A DNA stretch of 64,000 nucleotides from Pocillopora damicornis (Eukaryota): contig NW_020843958.1 in NCBI RefSeq assembly GCF_003704095.1, positions 62,001 to 126,000 on the forward strand. The letters run 5' to 3'. Position 1 is the stretch's first letter. Each line of letters starts with the position of its first letter. This document shows, piece by piece, positions 25,301 to 38,411 of the stretch. Made by a program: the position numbers and the translations under genes. The notes beneath the pieces are model-generated. The model did not search any database. It saw nothing but the letters and a program-made list of their open reading frames with translations, and was not told the origin of the DNA.

Positions 25301-28300
25301 AGACAGTAGGAGGATTGCAAATGGAAGTAGTGGCTACAATTATTGCAGTTGCTCTAATAGTCTTTCTTGCAGTGGTTGCTGTGTTTGTCTGTCGAAAGAA
25401 ACGGTAGGAATCAAGATAATTGTACAATCAGTTGAAAACTTTTTGTTACACAACATATGGGCTCATCTTAGATAACTGGCACTATGATTCTGCTATCTCA
25501 AACATAATTTTGTTTGCTTTTTGACAAGTTTTTTAGCTCAAGTTCTGATGATTCAAATTCCTTGAAGAAAAGATAGGACTTATTAAAAAAATTCAACCCA
25601 AAAAATGAAGGTTTTGAGAGCTAATTTTTCTGAGATGTGCTAAGGCATGGAGAGCTTTGCAAATTAAAGAACAAAAAATAATACTATCAAGTTTGATAGG
25701 GATGGCCTTGTTTAAAGGAGACTGTATCAGACAATGTATCAGTTCATGAAGTCCATTTCTCCCTTTTCGTCTTTACAGTCATCAATTATGGTAAGCAGTT
25801 GACAATCATATTTTATTGTACATATTTTCATCCTTTTCTTTCTTAATTTCTTTCTACACCAGCTTGCGAAAAGACAGAGGAAGCCCTCTTCCAACAATCA
25901 CTTTCACATCTGATAAAGAATATGCCACTCCAGCAAATGGCACCAAAAAAAGGTTTGTCAATCTGTAATTTTTATTAATTACATCTCCCACTTTAATGTA
26001 TGCTTGTTGTGGTTGTTGTTGTTTTTTTGTGTGTGTGGGGAAGTGTTGCTTCCCAGTCATAATCTTTTTTTAAAAAAGATATCAGAAATATGATTCAATG
26101 AATCATAGGTTAGTAAAAAAAATTATGAAGAACAGATGAAGGAAATAAATTACTAATTGGCAGAAGCAAATCCACAAAATTTGAGGAGATAAAACTTTAT
26201 AACCCTAGTCAAAAGGTAAGATTATAACTACAACGGTTCTGTTATTTCAACTTTAGACTGATTTATTTGTACTTCTAGGTTTCCTCGTGATTCGAAAGCC
26301 AATCCATATGAAACTGTAAATATCATTTATCGAAGGTTGGTACAACGTTTAACCCTTTCCAATAAAAATCTAACTTGCACTGATTGGATATAAATACACG
26401 GAAAGATTTCCCCACATCCACATACTACTTTAAGGCAAAGTCATAGTCTCAAAGGCAATCTTTTGTTTTCGCCATTGTATTCTTTATCCAAGAACGTACT
26501 GTATGCATAATGAGGATGGGACTATGCGAAAATCCTGCCAAAGACCAGTACCCCCGTTCTAGTTGTCCTAGTATTACCATACAATACTGACCTTAACGAA
26601 CACATCTATGCAGTGCTTTAAAAATTCCCTAGCATCCATTGGGCGGGTCGGTACCACTGATAATCACAATTTTGTGATCATCCGAAGAACCGTCAGAATC
26701 CTATCACTCCCGATTTTGGTCGTCAGAAGAAGTTTACTCCGGAAACCATACAGAGCTTATATACCGATCGTACTAATAATAGATTTTTGAGAATGAAAAG
26801 AGTGGCAAAACTATTAAAAAATTGTGTTTAAATGCGCGTAAACATTGATTATGGACGCCGCCATCTTTCATCTTACTTAGCAGCCTGGCCGCTGATGTCT
26901 TTCCCTACGTCTCATTTTGAGCAACAATGTTGCAAGTGTGATTTAATAACTGTAAAATGACTACTTGTCGTATTTTCCTTTCTTCTTTTTAGTTCGGATA
27001 GCTCCGAGAACTCTACCATTGGTGAAAAAGAAGTTTCCTCAAGTGACAGGTGAATTTCATATTGTAATTATTATGGATAGATGATAATTTTTTTATCGTT
27101 AATTTTTCGTGTAAACATGTGGGTGAAGGCTCACCCAGTTATCTTTGGTAAATTACACATCAGATGGGTAATGTCATCATTAGGAAACAGTTTTACCTGA
27201 GAAAGGTTTTCAAATTGCTCATTTTATTGCAGCTGTCCCGTGGATCAGGATCGGGACTCTCCTAAGATAACTGAAAATCCCCTTTACATCGGGTATGTGC
27301 AAAACTTTGTTTGCTTTTCTGACAATTTTCTTTTGTGAACGGAATTTTCTTAATGTGACCGATTTCTTTGCAGTTTTTCTCCGCCAGTCAAAAGCACTGC
27401 TGCAGTAGGATACCAATTGTAAGTTTTGCCGCTTATCCTATCTAAATTTTATCAAACACCACTTGTGAAAAATGTGAAAGAGAGCCAATCCAGATGACAA
27501 TTATTACTTGGCCAGTCAAAAACGTCACGAACTCGTTGAAGGCTAGCAAGATTAATGTAGCATCCACTCTCCTCCCCCCCTCGCTCCGAAAAAAAGACAC
27601 TGGATACTCCCAACACCTCAGGATTTCGATTTTGGAAGGAAAACGAAATCGACCATTAATAGACGGAATAGTCGTAATCAGAGCTGCACAGACAAGCTGA
27701 TCGAGTTTTCTACTCTCTGAACACAATACATTTACTACTTTCTGTCCATTTTCGCCTTGGATTACTCTCCCAAAGTTTCTCTTACCGGAGAGTAATCTTC
27801 TGTCTCTTTTGTCTCTAGGATTAAACCACCGAACGGGGCTGCACAGAGTCATTACAGGTATTCTAACAACCTGCTGGGTCAATAAGCTAATGATAGAAAA
27901 GTCTTAAATATTGATGGTCGAAGGCAATCCTGAATTGCTTTGGTCTGGCTTTTTCCTTATAAAGCGCGTTTCGACCGACTTTCGTTGTATTAAAACGGAA
28001 GTTGTCATAACCGAAAATCAGAGCAAAAGGAAGTAAGTTGCTTGTTACGAAAGTTAACTGACTTTGTATTTATTTAAGGAAGCACGTAGCTTAACGGTGA
28101 TTTATTTGGGGAAACAAGTCTCAGTTTGAACCAATCAAAAGAAAGAACAACACTAGCTTTGATTGAAGCGCTTGAATTTCTTTGAGTTGACTAATGATAA
28201 ACGAAAATAATTCATGGTGCAAAGCCTTGGTTCGAAAACGAAGGAAGGTTTGAAACCTTGGAAACGAAAATGATTTGAAAACATTTTCATACATTGAAGC

Positions 28301-29115
28301 TCATGCACACAACAGAGGTTCAGCACTTGGCCACTTTTTGAAGGCGTGGGTTTGTGGGACTCTGAAATTGGATCTTCTTTGTTTGCCATGTTCATTTTAA
28401 CCAGAATCTGTTGCTTCATGAAAAATTCTGCATGAGTCTCTTGCACAATCCTTTTTTTGTTGTAACCTATTTTTGCGTTTAGCCTTCCAGTTAAAAAGAC
28501 TCCAAAAGTGACATCCATCGAAAATCCCAACTACGAGAAGACGTTACCAGTAACGGTAAGACTTTCGTTTATTTGACTAATTTTTTGTTTGTTGTTTTTA
28601 ATTTATTACTCCAATTTATCCTATTTTGAATAAGGAGAAGTGTTACTGTCTCTAATATACATACGATTCATTTGGATATCGTTGAAACAAAAGTGTTTGA
28701 CGATAATGATGCTCGAACCCTTCCATCAAAAGTTGAAACCAATTTTCATTCCCAAGGATGTTCGAAAAGTCGGAAGTCCATTTGTTTTGTTTCGTTTAAT
28801 CCTGTAAATCCAAACATGTGATCTTCCGAGATTTCATTGTAAAATAATCAAGAGAATTTACTGTCACATCTGGATAACTCCCCGCAGTTGTTAATTTTTC
28901 AAATTTTCATAGCTTGTTCACCGATAGTGTATTGAACCCTTAAGGAGAAAACCTATTTGGTCCCCGGTTTGGCCAAATTTCAAGTTGTGTGGTCTTTGGA
29001 TTTTTCATCGCCGCTGACCCATTTTACGGTTCTTTACTTATTTTTTTTCTCTCTTTTTTCCCAGCAGAACCATGAGTATGCTAAACCAGAAATTAAGACG
29101 GATACCAACTGTTAG
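19330..29115 (+). CDS. Type I membrane receptor: signal peptide, F5/8 type C (discoidin), CUB, SUEL/galactose-binding lectin, PTS-rich stalk, TM helix, Tyr-motif tail
   Basis: Phase-consistent exons: 19330-19423, 21291-21610, 21711-21858, 22747-23112, 24309-24617, 25007-25403, 25779-25790, 25863-25952, 26279-26335, 26993-27049, 27233-27292, 27819-27857, 28483-28555, 29065-29115. Discoidin: CSDALGMES..VSAIATQG..TRYLRIYP..CLRVEVYGC. CUB: GSIASPGFPISYPSNKNCVWII..DFVEVQDG..GKFCNG. SUEL: ACDGDVLALNC..IKILHATYG..CQDSKECDITV. TM: VVATIIAVALIVFLAVVAVFVC followed by RKKR. Confidence 0.88.
23331..24091. mobile_element. PIF/Harbinger-like non-autonomous element (MITE)
   Basis: Terminal inverted repeats GGGACTGTTTACATGGAGGTGGGGGA.CCCAGG and CCTGGGATCCCCCCACCTCCATGTAAACAGGTC, preceded by TAA. 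The interior (~23495-23705) carries one arm of the foldback element at 40791-41392. Confidence 0.7.
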
Positions 29116-29250
29116 CCAACATGTGGAAACAGTGAAAACAATACCCCAACAACTTAAGTTAAAATTAGAACTCCTGGCTAGTTTGTGGTATAACAGTGTA
29201 AACTATAGTATGGTAAACTTATAGATACTGAAAGCGGTGCGGTACTCCGT

Positions 29251-29350
29251 NNNNNNNNNNNNNNNNNNNNNNNNNNNNNNNNNNNNNNNNNNNNNNNNNN
29301 NNNNNNNNNNNNNNNNNNNNNNNNNNNNNNNNNNNNNNNNNNNNNNNNNN
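29251..29350. other. Assembly gap (100 N); further gaps at 53935-54034, 59974-60073, 61189-61288, 62378-62477
   Basis: Runs of exactly 100 n, i.e. placeholder gaps of unknown size. Confidence 0.99.
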
Positions 29351-29649
29351 CGAGCCTCCCGGGTCCCTCCCCTAGATCCGCCACTGATTAAACAGTATTT
29401 TCGTAGGGTTCACGACTCGAAGAGTCAGCAGAATTGTTGAAATTGTTCACTTATTTAAAATTCACGGTTGTATGTTTTAAGTCAAGATTTTGCATTATAT
29501 TTAAAGAGGTTACATAGTAATAAAGGCCAGACAATATTTTGTTGCAGACATTTGAAGTTTTGCATTTTTTGCGATAAATTTTATACAAATCGAAAAGGGT
29601 CATCTGCTGATCAATTGTATCACGACAATCAGAATATCCCATAAGGGAA

Positions 29650-29678
29650 AACAACAACAACAACAACAACAACAACAA
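29650..29678. repeat. (CAA)n microsatellite
   Basis: AACAACAACAACAACAACAACAACAACAA. Confidence 0.8.
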
Positions 29679-30966
29679 AAACATACAAAAATGAACAACA
29701 AAACCATAAACAAAAAAATACCATCGATCTTATTCCCTGATTGCTTATGAAGAGACACCAATTAAAACACACTCGGTCTCCAATCGGTTACTTTCATGAA
29801 GGCTCTCAGGCGATCGAAGCTTCCTATCTCAAAGCACATCTGAACACAGACCAACACGAACACATCCAAATATTAAAAAGGTTGTGATCCATTTAACCTA
29901 ATTCTGAAAAGCCTATTTATTACTCAGAAAACCCATAAAATTGGCTAACTTCAACAGTAAAGCATTCATTCTGTCACGACAGGAGTGATCCACTTCAGCT
30001 CGTAAAACAGTATCTAACTGCTAGTTAGTGAAACTCAATAACATGGTGAGTATGCATTCTCCTCTGTCAGGTATGATACAATTTACTTTGGGCTGTCAGA
30101 CTGTTTTATAAGTTGGCTGTAAAGAAGCAAATATTCAATTGATACAAAACTTTTGTATTTGTTGAACAAACAACCAAAAGACAAAACTAAGAACCACTCA
30201 TAGTTAAAATTTTATTTTTGAAAATAAATTCCTAAACTACATCTAATTCTTCCTGTATTAAAGGAACAAAGAGACAATCGAAAATGATGGTGTCGTCTGA
30301 TTGTCCTGGCGAGAGTGGTCGTGTAAAGTAATGTTGTCGGTCACAATGATTTGAATCTAACAGCCTATAAAAACACATCAAAACTGACCAATTACTTTCC
30401 ACGAACCAACTTATTACATTCAACTGACAATCACCTCCTCACCTCCTGAATTCCCCTCAAGTTGTCAAATCGTCAGTTACTACCAAGCTCCATTCTAGAG
30501 CGCAGCTCTGCTTTTCTCTATCTCGTTCTACCACCGACAAGACTAAACACATTAGTTCAAACATCTTTCTGCGTAGCCGCTGTCCTGGCCCTTTCTTGAC
30601 AAAGGGCTTTCTCTACCCTCTTTGACCAATTTCTAGAATAAACTTGGACTCGTATCAACAAGAGTCCTATTCTCACCCAGACGATTAGACGACACAATCA
30701 ACCGTTACTCATTTAATGTGATGGAGAATTAATCAAAATTGAACCTGCAACTTCATAATAATAATATTCAGATCCAGCATATGGCCTCTGATTTTAATCT
30801 TCATATCAAAATCTTAACACCTGAAGCAGCTTATCAATTTTATAGTTAATTACAAATTATTTAATAATATTAACAATAATAATAATAATTTATATTTGTT
30901 CTTGATACCGCCCAATTCATCGATTTCACAGCATAATTACTCATTTTTGGAAATGATTCTATCAGA

Positions 30967-33900
30967 TTATTTTTTGGCAATGATATGATTTACCGTCACC
31001 AAAGCTATACAGACAAACGCCCAGCCAATCACGAACACGATCCACAAACTCCATCCGAAGGGAGACTTGTGCTTGTTGTCATAGCGACCTGTCATCTCCG
31101 TCAACTGTTTCTTGCCAAAGTACGCAAGGCAGGCTGGGATAACATACTGCACTCCAGTGCCGGCGTAAGACCCCGTTACGCCGACGAGTATTTCCAAGTT
31201 CTGCGTAATGAAGGCCACTATGATAGGCAAGGTGATCGTGGAGAGTGGAAAAACGATCCGGTCCACGACCCAGGGGTAGGGTCGTCCTTCGCGGTGAAAC
31301 AAATTCTTTAGATTGTCGCGGAGGGTTATGGAAATGATCGGGAAATTGGTGCTGAGAGTGAAAACGGGAAACAGTGCGAGGAAATATCCCACAAAGCTGC
31401 CGGAGGTTTTCCTGAAGTTAAGCGTATACAAGTCGTTCAAGTCCTCTGAGCGGAAGGCAAAGATGGCGGTGAAGGACAACAGAGCGTAAAAAATCAGGAC
31501 TATGGCGAAGTCAGCGACAAAGAGCAACGTGATACGCGACTTGTTCTTCATTGGTGTGATTAGAGATGGGAGCGAATGCTGGCACATGTATGAGTACACA
31601 CACACTCCGAACAGATTAGGTAGCCCGGAGATGCTTGCTGTAGGTGTATCATGCTCCCCCTGGCCCTTACCAATCTTGACTACAGCGATGACAATCATCA
31701 TGATAAAGGCTGTTGAAAAGCAGACGTAAAACACATTAGCATGGCCTCTTCATTCCTCTTCATCTCTGACAGTGTACAGAAAGACCCAATGCATGGATGG
31801 GAGAAACTTGAGGAGATCGAAAACCATCTGCATTGGGATACCGTGAGAAATACACGGCTACATTTAATACGAGGTTTTTCAATCACACTCCCGTACATTC
31901 ATGTTTTTGGTAATTATTTCTAGTGTTCCGATAAGTGGCAATTGAACTTTTTATATGCGAGTGTGATTTCAAAGTAATTTAGTATTATCTACTGAGTTGA
32001 TGACGTAAATTGGCCACTGTAAAGAGTTTAAAAGCTGACGTTTCGAGCGTTAGCCCTTCTTCAATCGCTCTGACGAAGGTCTAACGCTCGAAACGCCAGC
32101 TGTTAAACTTTTTACCGTGGCCAATTTACGTTTTAAACTCAGTAGATAATACTAAATTACTTTGATGCTACTAAATTAATTTCTATTATACTCTCCCACC
32201 GACGCAGCACCACATTTTATTTAGAAACTTGCCCCCCTGATTTCAAAGTAGACCAAACTTTAAAAATTCAAAGATATGTAACCCGCTGATAAGAAAAAAA
32301 CAGTAATAAGACAAGAAATCAGGAAAGTACAAATAAACTACCCACTTACCAACCCATCTCATGAGTGTGGTAAAAATCTGCAAGTATTTTGTTTTCTGTA
32401 CGTTGAAAAATGCAAATGGTCCTAATGTGACGGTGAAAATGGCCTGAAAAAGGAACAGAAACGAGCAAGTCAAGTGCTGGGTCCTTCCCTATAAACATGT
32501 TGCTTCAGGATCATGCACTTTGAGTAAATACACCCGCAGTACATACATAACGCTTTTATCTAAAGATTACACGATGAGCTCTCGATTTCTGTGCGTGATA
32601 GTTGATGAGGGCGAGGCCCAAAAAAATTATAATGCATACGATCACGCAGGGTACACGCATACTATCACACATACCATTACACATTCTATCTCGCACACTA
32701 TCACGCATACCAACACACAAACTTATTTTTTAGGAGCTTGCTGGATAAAAACACTTACTAAAAAGACACGATAAACATTGCCTTGTGTGACAGAGCCCCA
32801 TCCTGGACAAGTCTTGTTGTTGGATTTGGTAGAATCAGTTTCATTCCAAGATCCGCTGGGAAAAGGGAAAAAAATCAAATCAAAGTTTAGCACAACACTT
32901 TGCAACGGTAATCGGCTCTCTTCCGAATGGGATACGGGTATTGTTACAACTAAAAGATTAAGAATTATGACAAAAGTTTTAATGGAAGCCTCTAGATGTT
33001 ATTCAGGCAGCTGTTTTGACCGTTGCAATAAGTAGGAAAAAGTCCAAGGGCTCATAGCAGACTAGCCTATGCGCAAGTTCTTCTTAGCGCTGCTCCACGA
33101 GCATCTCACAACCTTCTTGTGAACCCTTCAAGAGGCCGGTGAGGAGCCTGCCAGAACTCCTGCTAGACCTCTTGCCAGCGAGCAAGGCAGGCCAGTTGAG
33201 CCCTCGCACTCTTCGCAAGAAGTCTGTGAGATATTTGTTAAGCAGTGCTGATGAAAACCTGATCGAGGAGGACCTCTCTATTAGCGTCACGGCACAAGCG
33301 TTTCTTCGCCTGTTGGAAAGTTTGAGACCTTGAAACACAAACCAGGGAGGGGTCTGCGAGGGATCTAGCACTGATATTAGTGCCCAAAACACCCAAGCAA
33401 ACCACTACCCGTCTCGTCTCAAATCTCACCGCGGGCGGAGAAACGCCCGTCCTGCAGCACTAATCTTAAACGCCAGCTAACTTCTTCCCTACCGACCCTC
33501 AAGTAAGATATTGAATATTCTTGTGATTGACAGTACCAAGGTTGATGCCACTGTCAAAGCTGTAGAGGTTACCCACTTCTCTAGAAGGCAGTTTGTCATA
33601 GCCACCTCTCATCCCCCATCGCCCCGCTATTTTCTTATGAATAAATAGATTAACAAATATAATATATAAATCTAACCATCTTACCATGTCACTTTAGTTA
33701 AAGACTTTGGAACAGCAGCTGCATATATTGCCAAATCACCGTACAGGTACAACACAATGCAGAAGTAGAACAGTCGGACTCCAACTAATAATAAAACAAT
33801 ATTATTAATAATCATTAATAACACAAAGTTGATTAAAACGTCCATAGAGTACTATAGCAAGCACAATGGGGCTGAGATTACCTTGACACCTCAATATCTG

Positions 33901-36900
33901 TATGCAAATTCTCCACACTAATTCCTATACATTTCTTTAGATACTGACAAGGAGAATAATTAAGAGGAGCAAATGACACAACTTTTGTTTTAACTCTGTG
34001 GTGGTTTCAATTTTGCTTTTCAAGCCAAACAGCAAAACACTGCTAAAAGTTCTCTTGCTTTGCACTGTTTCTGTTCTTTACTGCCAGCCTTTTTGCCACC
34101 CCTAAGTCAATGGTAGGTTTGTACTTGCTCTTTTCTCCAAAAATGCACCTCAAAGCACAGAGTTTCAGAGTAAAAGATAGTGGGACTGTTCTTAGACCAG
34201 CAACTTAATTCATTACTTACGTTTACTGAAAAAAAGGTTGGCCATCTGACCCTACAAACAGAGGAAAAATATGTATCACCATTATAGAACAGAGATGTCA
34301 CAGCTAATTATAGGTGTAAGTAAACAACTTAATAATGGTAATTGAGCTAAGTGGAGTGCAATTTGGTCTAATATTGTAAGCATGATTTGTAAAAAGTTGC
34401 AAAAGCTGTATTTCATTTTCCTGCAATTTGGTTGGTTTCTTTAAAACCAGCCTTGAAATTTGATTGGTTGTTTTCTTTTATTAAAGCTCTGTCATTGGTT
34501 GGGAAAAAAGTGTGATTTAAAGCAAAAACTGGTGTAATTTGTGAATAAATAGCACTGATTAGAGCAAATCAGATCGCAAGGATCACTGGTAATTTCAAAA
34601 TGAATGTAATAAAGATTTTTTCAGCTGTTTCTCATTACTGTGTGGAAATAAATCAAAAGCAAGGAGAGAAGAGTCTCTACAGAGCACTCACCATTTCTAC
34701 ACGCTTGGATATATCATAGAGATCTCCTCTTGAGCTACCCAATGCATCTAGCAGTGGTAAACAAGAAAATTATCTGCCCTCAATCAAGGCTTTTTTAAAA
34801 TTTTTTTCAAGCATAAGCTCTGTATTTAGGAGGAATGCAGTTCTCATGCTCCACATTATCAATTTTTTTATAAAAATTCAAAGAGGAATTTTTCCTGCTA
34901 AAATTTTATAAAATCTCTTTTTGCCAAAAATTTAACAGATTTTTGAATTATCATAGACATTTCAGAAAAAACACTAGCATAAAACAGTTTTATAAGAAAA
35001 CCATGTTGTCAGATGTTTTCGCCTTGCTCTATGACCAAAGACATCTTCGTAAACCATTCATTCCCCAAGTATATACATTATACATCACCAACTTACTTTT
35101 AAACTGGTGCTTAATAATCTAAACTCAGTTCTAGGGATCCTGCCTCATTTGCCATATGACATCACAGTGCTCCAAGCTGCCATTGTTATGGTTGTCACCA
35201 CTTAGGCTTGATGTGTTTGGCAGACAAGAAGCAAACCTGACGGGGGTGCTTTTCAAGCACCTAGTGTGAATGGTCCAAAGTTCACTGAGATAAACATTTC
35301 ATGAAATATAACTGAGGCTTGTCATTTTCTTAATGAAAATTTGCATCTCTCCCTTTGGTTGTTCAAGTATTAGGCATTGACATGCCATGTGAACCTCAAA
35401 AACTGGCATCATATGAACCTTTGCTGTTGTTGTCACTGCTAACCATATTGCATTCTTAGACTATTTCAGTGGTATGCAAAGCAACTAGTATGCAGTGGTA
35501 CAGAACGTCATATATTATTTATTTTATCACTTTCATAAAAAAAGTTCACTTGACTCCATAATTACTCACTAATAAGCAGCGGCACATTCTCATCAGGGTC
35601 ATCAGAAGATGAATCTTTTTCGCCATTAGAACCAGCACTTAAGGCACTACCAGTAGAAGGATGTATCTAACAAAAAAAGGAACACATGATCATTAAACTT
35701 GATTATCTCTTTACCAATAAACTGTTGAAGAATGAATTTAACTTGTCCATTGTAAGAGGTGTAACACTGTTTGTAGTTTCTTTCCTAAAGGAAGAAAAAT
35801 TCCAGGACTTTTGATACTTGGAGGAGTGATAGACATTTAGGACATTTAGGAGAATTTACATGTAAATCACTTCTGAGAGTTAAAGGAGGCCAGGTTTAAG
35901 AGATGATTAGGTTCACTGGTCCTTAATTGCAAAAGTAAATGTAAAAATCAAATAAAAATGCAGTTAATACTTACTGGTGCTGACAAACTTTTTTCTCTTG
36001 CTTTTAGACGTAACATAGCATTAGCAGCAGCCATTGCCTCTACCATGAATGTGGAGGTTATAAAACTAAACATCAATATTAAAAAGTATTTTGAGTTTCA
36101 ATTTATTCAGTAAAATCAGTAGTTAAACCAATTTACCTAGTATCAGGGTCAATAAGTAGGGCAGTTGTATAATACCAAATGTTACTTTTTTTTTAATAGG
36201 TAAATTGTGAAAACTTTAAAATCTGCAGCCATGCTCAGCAGAAACATCTGCTTTATTTAGTGACATTATTGTTACCTTGAAATCATGGCAAAGTTTTTGG
36301 CAGTTAAAATAGTATGACAGTCAAAACATCCTTTTGGTCTATTTTCTCAAAACATTCCATTGGGAGCAGTTATAAGCAAAAGTTAGAGTAAAATTACAAA
36401 AAAAACTTAAAATCTGTATGAGAAGTTTATTACTAAGGTGACAATCACATGTTATTTACATGCTAATCACATGTTTTTCACATGACTGAATTTTTTAGTC
36501 AATGTTTCATACAATTTAAGAAATTAACCCTTTAACCTTCATAAGTGACCAAGACATAATTTCTCCTTACAATATCAATACAATATCAAGCAGATTAGCG
36601 ATGAGAATAAAGAAAAATATCAGTTTGGGGTTAATTAGTTAATTCAATACTTAATTCTCTGAACTAACATTATAGAAATTGTATGGTTGGTGGTAAGGAG
36701 AATTAAAGTTTTGATCTAAGTGAAGCATGTGTAGAAAAAGATACAAAAGTAAAACCAAAACTTGAATAATGCATGAAACTTACATCTATAATTTAAAATC
36801 TTCTCACACATTCTTTATAGAGGTAACTGGGTAAAAAGGTCGACAGATTTCTGTTATTCAAGCAATAGAGGACTCTTCTGTGTTTGTAGAGCCTCTTCTA

Positions 36901-38411
36901 AACACAAAAATGTTCTCAACCCCTGAGTTATTATAAGAGGAAGAGTAAACACAGAAAAGTCTTCTATTAACCCTGTAACCCCTAAGAGTGACTATCATCT
37001 AATCTCTCCTTACAACATCACCCTTGAATCACACATAAAGGTTATGAGAATAAAAGAAATGATCACCAACTAAAGATGCTCTTGAATATTAGACAAATTT
37101 TCCTTGTAAGTACCTTAAAAAATGTACTAAGAACAGTCAGAGAATATGTATACCGACTTTAGGGTGTAAAGGGTTACTTTTATCAAATACTTCCACATAG
37201 AAATTGAAACACAGAAAGTGTAATATCACACTGTGTTCGCAAACTCTAATCCAAATGCATCTATTGACCATAGAGAGCATACTGGTATAAATTGTCTTAG
37301 ATATTTTGTAAAAGATTTGCACACACACAATAAAAAATAGCATAACAACTACTTTGAATTGACAGCATAACAGAGACTTCTCATTGATTCATTCAATCAA
37401 TGTTGGTAAAATCCATTTTAGAGGTAGATTGATAAAGTCAAAAGCCGATATTTGGTCAGTAGATAGTCAGCCCATGTTCAGCTGAAGTCTCAACACTTGT
37501 TGGTAATCAGCTGACATGTCAGTAAATAAACAATGATAAACAAACAACATTTGAATATCCACTGATCACATATCAGCTGACTACTTAAATACTATACATC
37601 CCTTGATTGCTGGCTATTATCTTTGGCAAGGCAACCTGTTTTGCCCATGATCATAGAGGACTACAATCACTGTATCATGTATCATTCTGTAGCATCAGCT
37701 GAAAGTAGTCGGCTTCATCATGGGGCAGTTTGATCTTTGTATGGGCTATGACCTTCAAGGTCTTGTAATATGAGATATGGGGGGAGTGGATGGGGGAGTA
37801 TTGCAAAACTAAAATAAAACAAACAATAATCAATGCTGTTATGATAACACCATAATAATGATAATGATAATAATAGACCTCCACTAACCTCATCAGGCAT
37901 AAAATACCTATCAGAACTGATGCGATCAACCAACCCGCATTTGCAAATGCCTTGGGCATTGTCAATGCTCCAACTCCAATAATCAAATTGAAAACATATA
38001 TAAAGGCAACCTGGAAGAACGAGGGAGAGAATACATCCATATTTCCGTTGGTTAGTTGGTAAAAATTTCTCATTACACAATGTCGCAGAAATTAGTCAAA
38101 CATCGTTTTTGTTTTCTGCTTAGAGTTTAGAGGCTTCAATCATAAGTTGCCAGGAATAAATGATCTATTTAACATGTATTAATCAGCAATTACAGGCGAC
38201 AAGTTTTAGAGAGAATAATTGAACAAAAATTGAGTAATTTAAAGTAAAAGTTCCTTGCAAAATACTCGTGACGTCGAAGAGGAAAGCGAGAACTCGGATG
38301 CATGTTATCTTCAGAGCAAGCAGAAGGATGAATCAAGAACAGCAACCTTCAATAAGACCGTACACTTACTGGCGTAGAATATGGAGAACCTGTTTCGGTA
38401 ACTGCAACCAT
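30967..38411 (-). CDS. TMEM104: Transmembrane protein 104 (amino-acid transporter-like), 10 exons
   Basis: Exons: 38411-38370, 38010-37889, 36065-35975, 35666-35570, 34747-34692, 34251-34221, 33784-33685, 32855-32759, 32443-32350, 31709-30967. Peptides TETGSPYS, VFNLIIGVGALTMPKAFANAGW, TFMVEAMAAANA, RVEMGQMANLFF, LFYFCIVLYLYGDLAIYAAAVP, GPFAFFNVQKTKYLQ, FGVCVYSYMCQHSLPSL and FPVFTLSTNFPII match recalled human TMEM104. Confidence 0.95.
31970..32237. mobile_element. Penelope-associated palindromic hammerhead element, both ribozyme cores mutated
   Basis: Inverted arms CAAAGTAATTTAGTATTATCTACTGAGTT..AACTCAGTAGATAATACTAAATTACTTTG. Plus-strand core at 32067-32100 is GCTCTGACGAAGGTCTAACGCTCGAAACGCCAGC (GUC changed to GCC). 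Tail is ATACTCTCCCACCGACGCAGCACCAC..AGAAACTTGCCCC. Confidence 0.85.
33040..33630 (+). other. GC-rich, extensively base-paired element of unknown class in TMEM104 intron 7 (antisense to host)
   Basis: Nested stems 33086-33249 (AGCGCTGCT/AGCAGTGCT, ATCTCACA/TGTGAGAT, TTCTTGTGAA/TTCGCAAGAA, GCCTGCC/GGCAGGC) plus smaller hairpins. Homologous to 13068-13207 on the minus strand. Confidence 0.4.
36967..37176. mobile_element. piggyBac-type MITE (TTAA-CCC..GGG-TTA)
   Basis: TTAACCCTGTAACCCCTAAGAG ... AGGGTGTAAAGGGTTA. Partial relatives near 22350-22545, 33880-33960, 36525-36720, 39677-39790 and 49510-49710. Confidence 0.7.

Noticed and set aside
33033-33060. AGGAAAAAGTCCAAGGGCTCATAG resembling bacterial RNase P CR-I
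   Set aside because: No downstream conserved regions or P4 partner strand found.
33259-33273. Minus-strand GGTCCTCCTCGATC resembling HDV-ribozyme P3/L3
   Set aside because: Could not build P1, P1.1 or J4/2 around it.
33248-33336. CTGATGA ... GAAAC as a hammerhead core
   Set aside because: No convincing stem II/III or cleavage triplet with a matching stem I.
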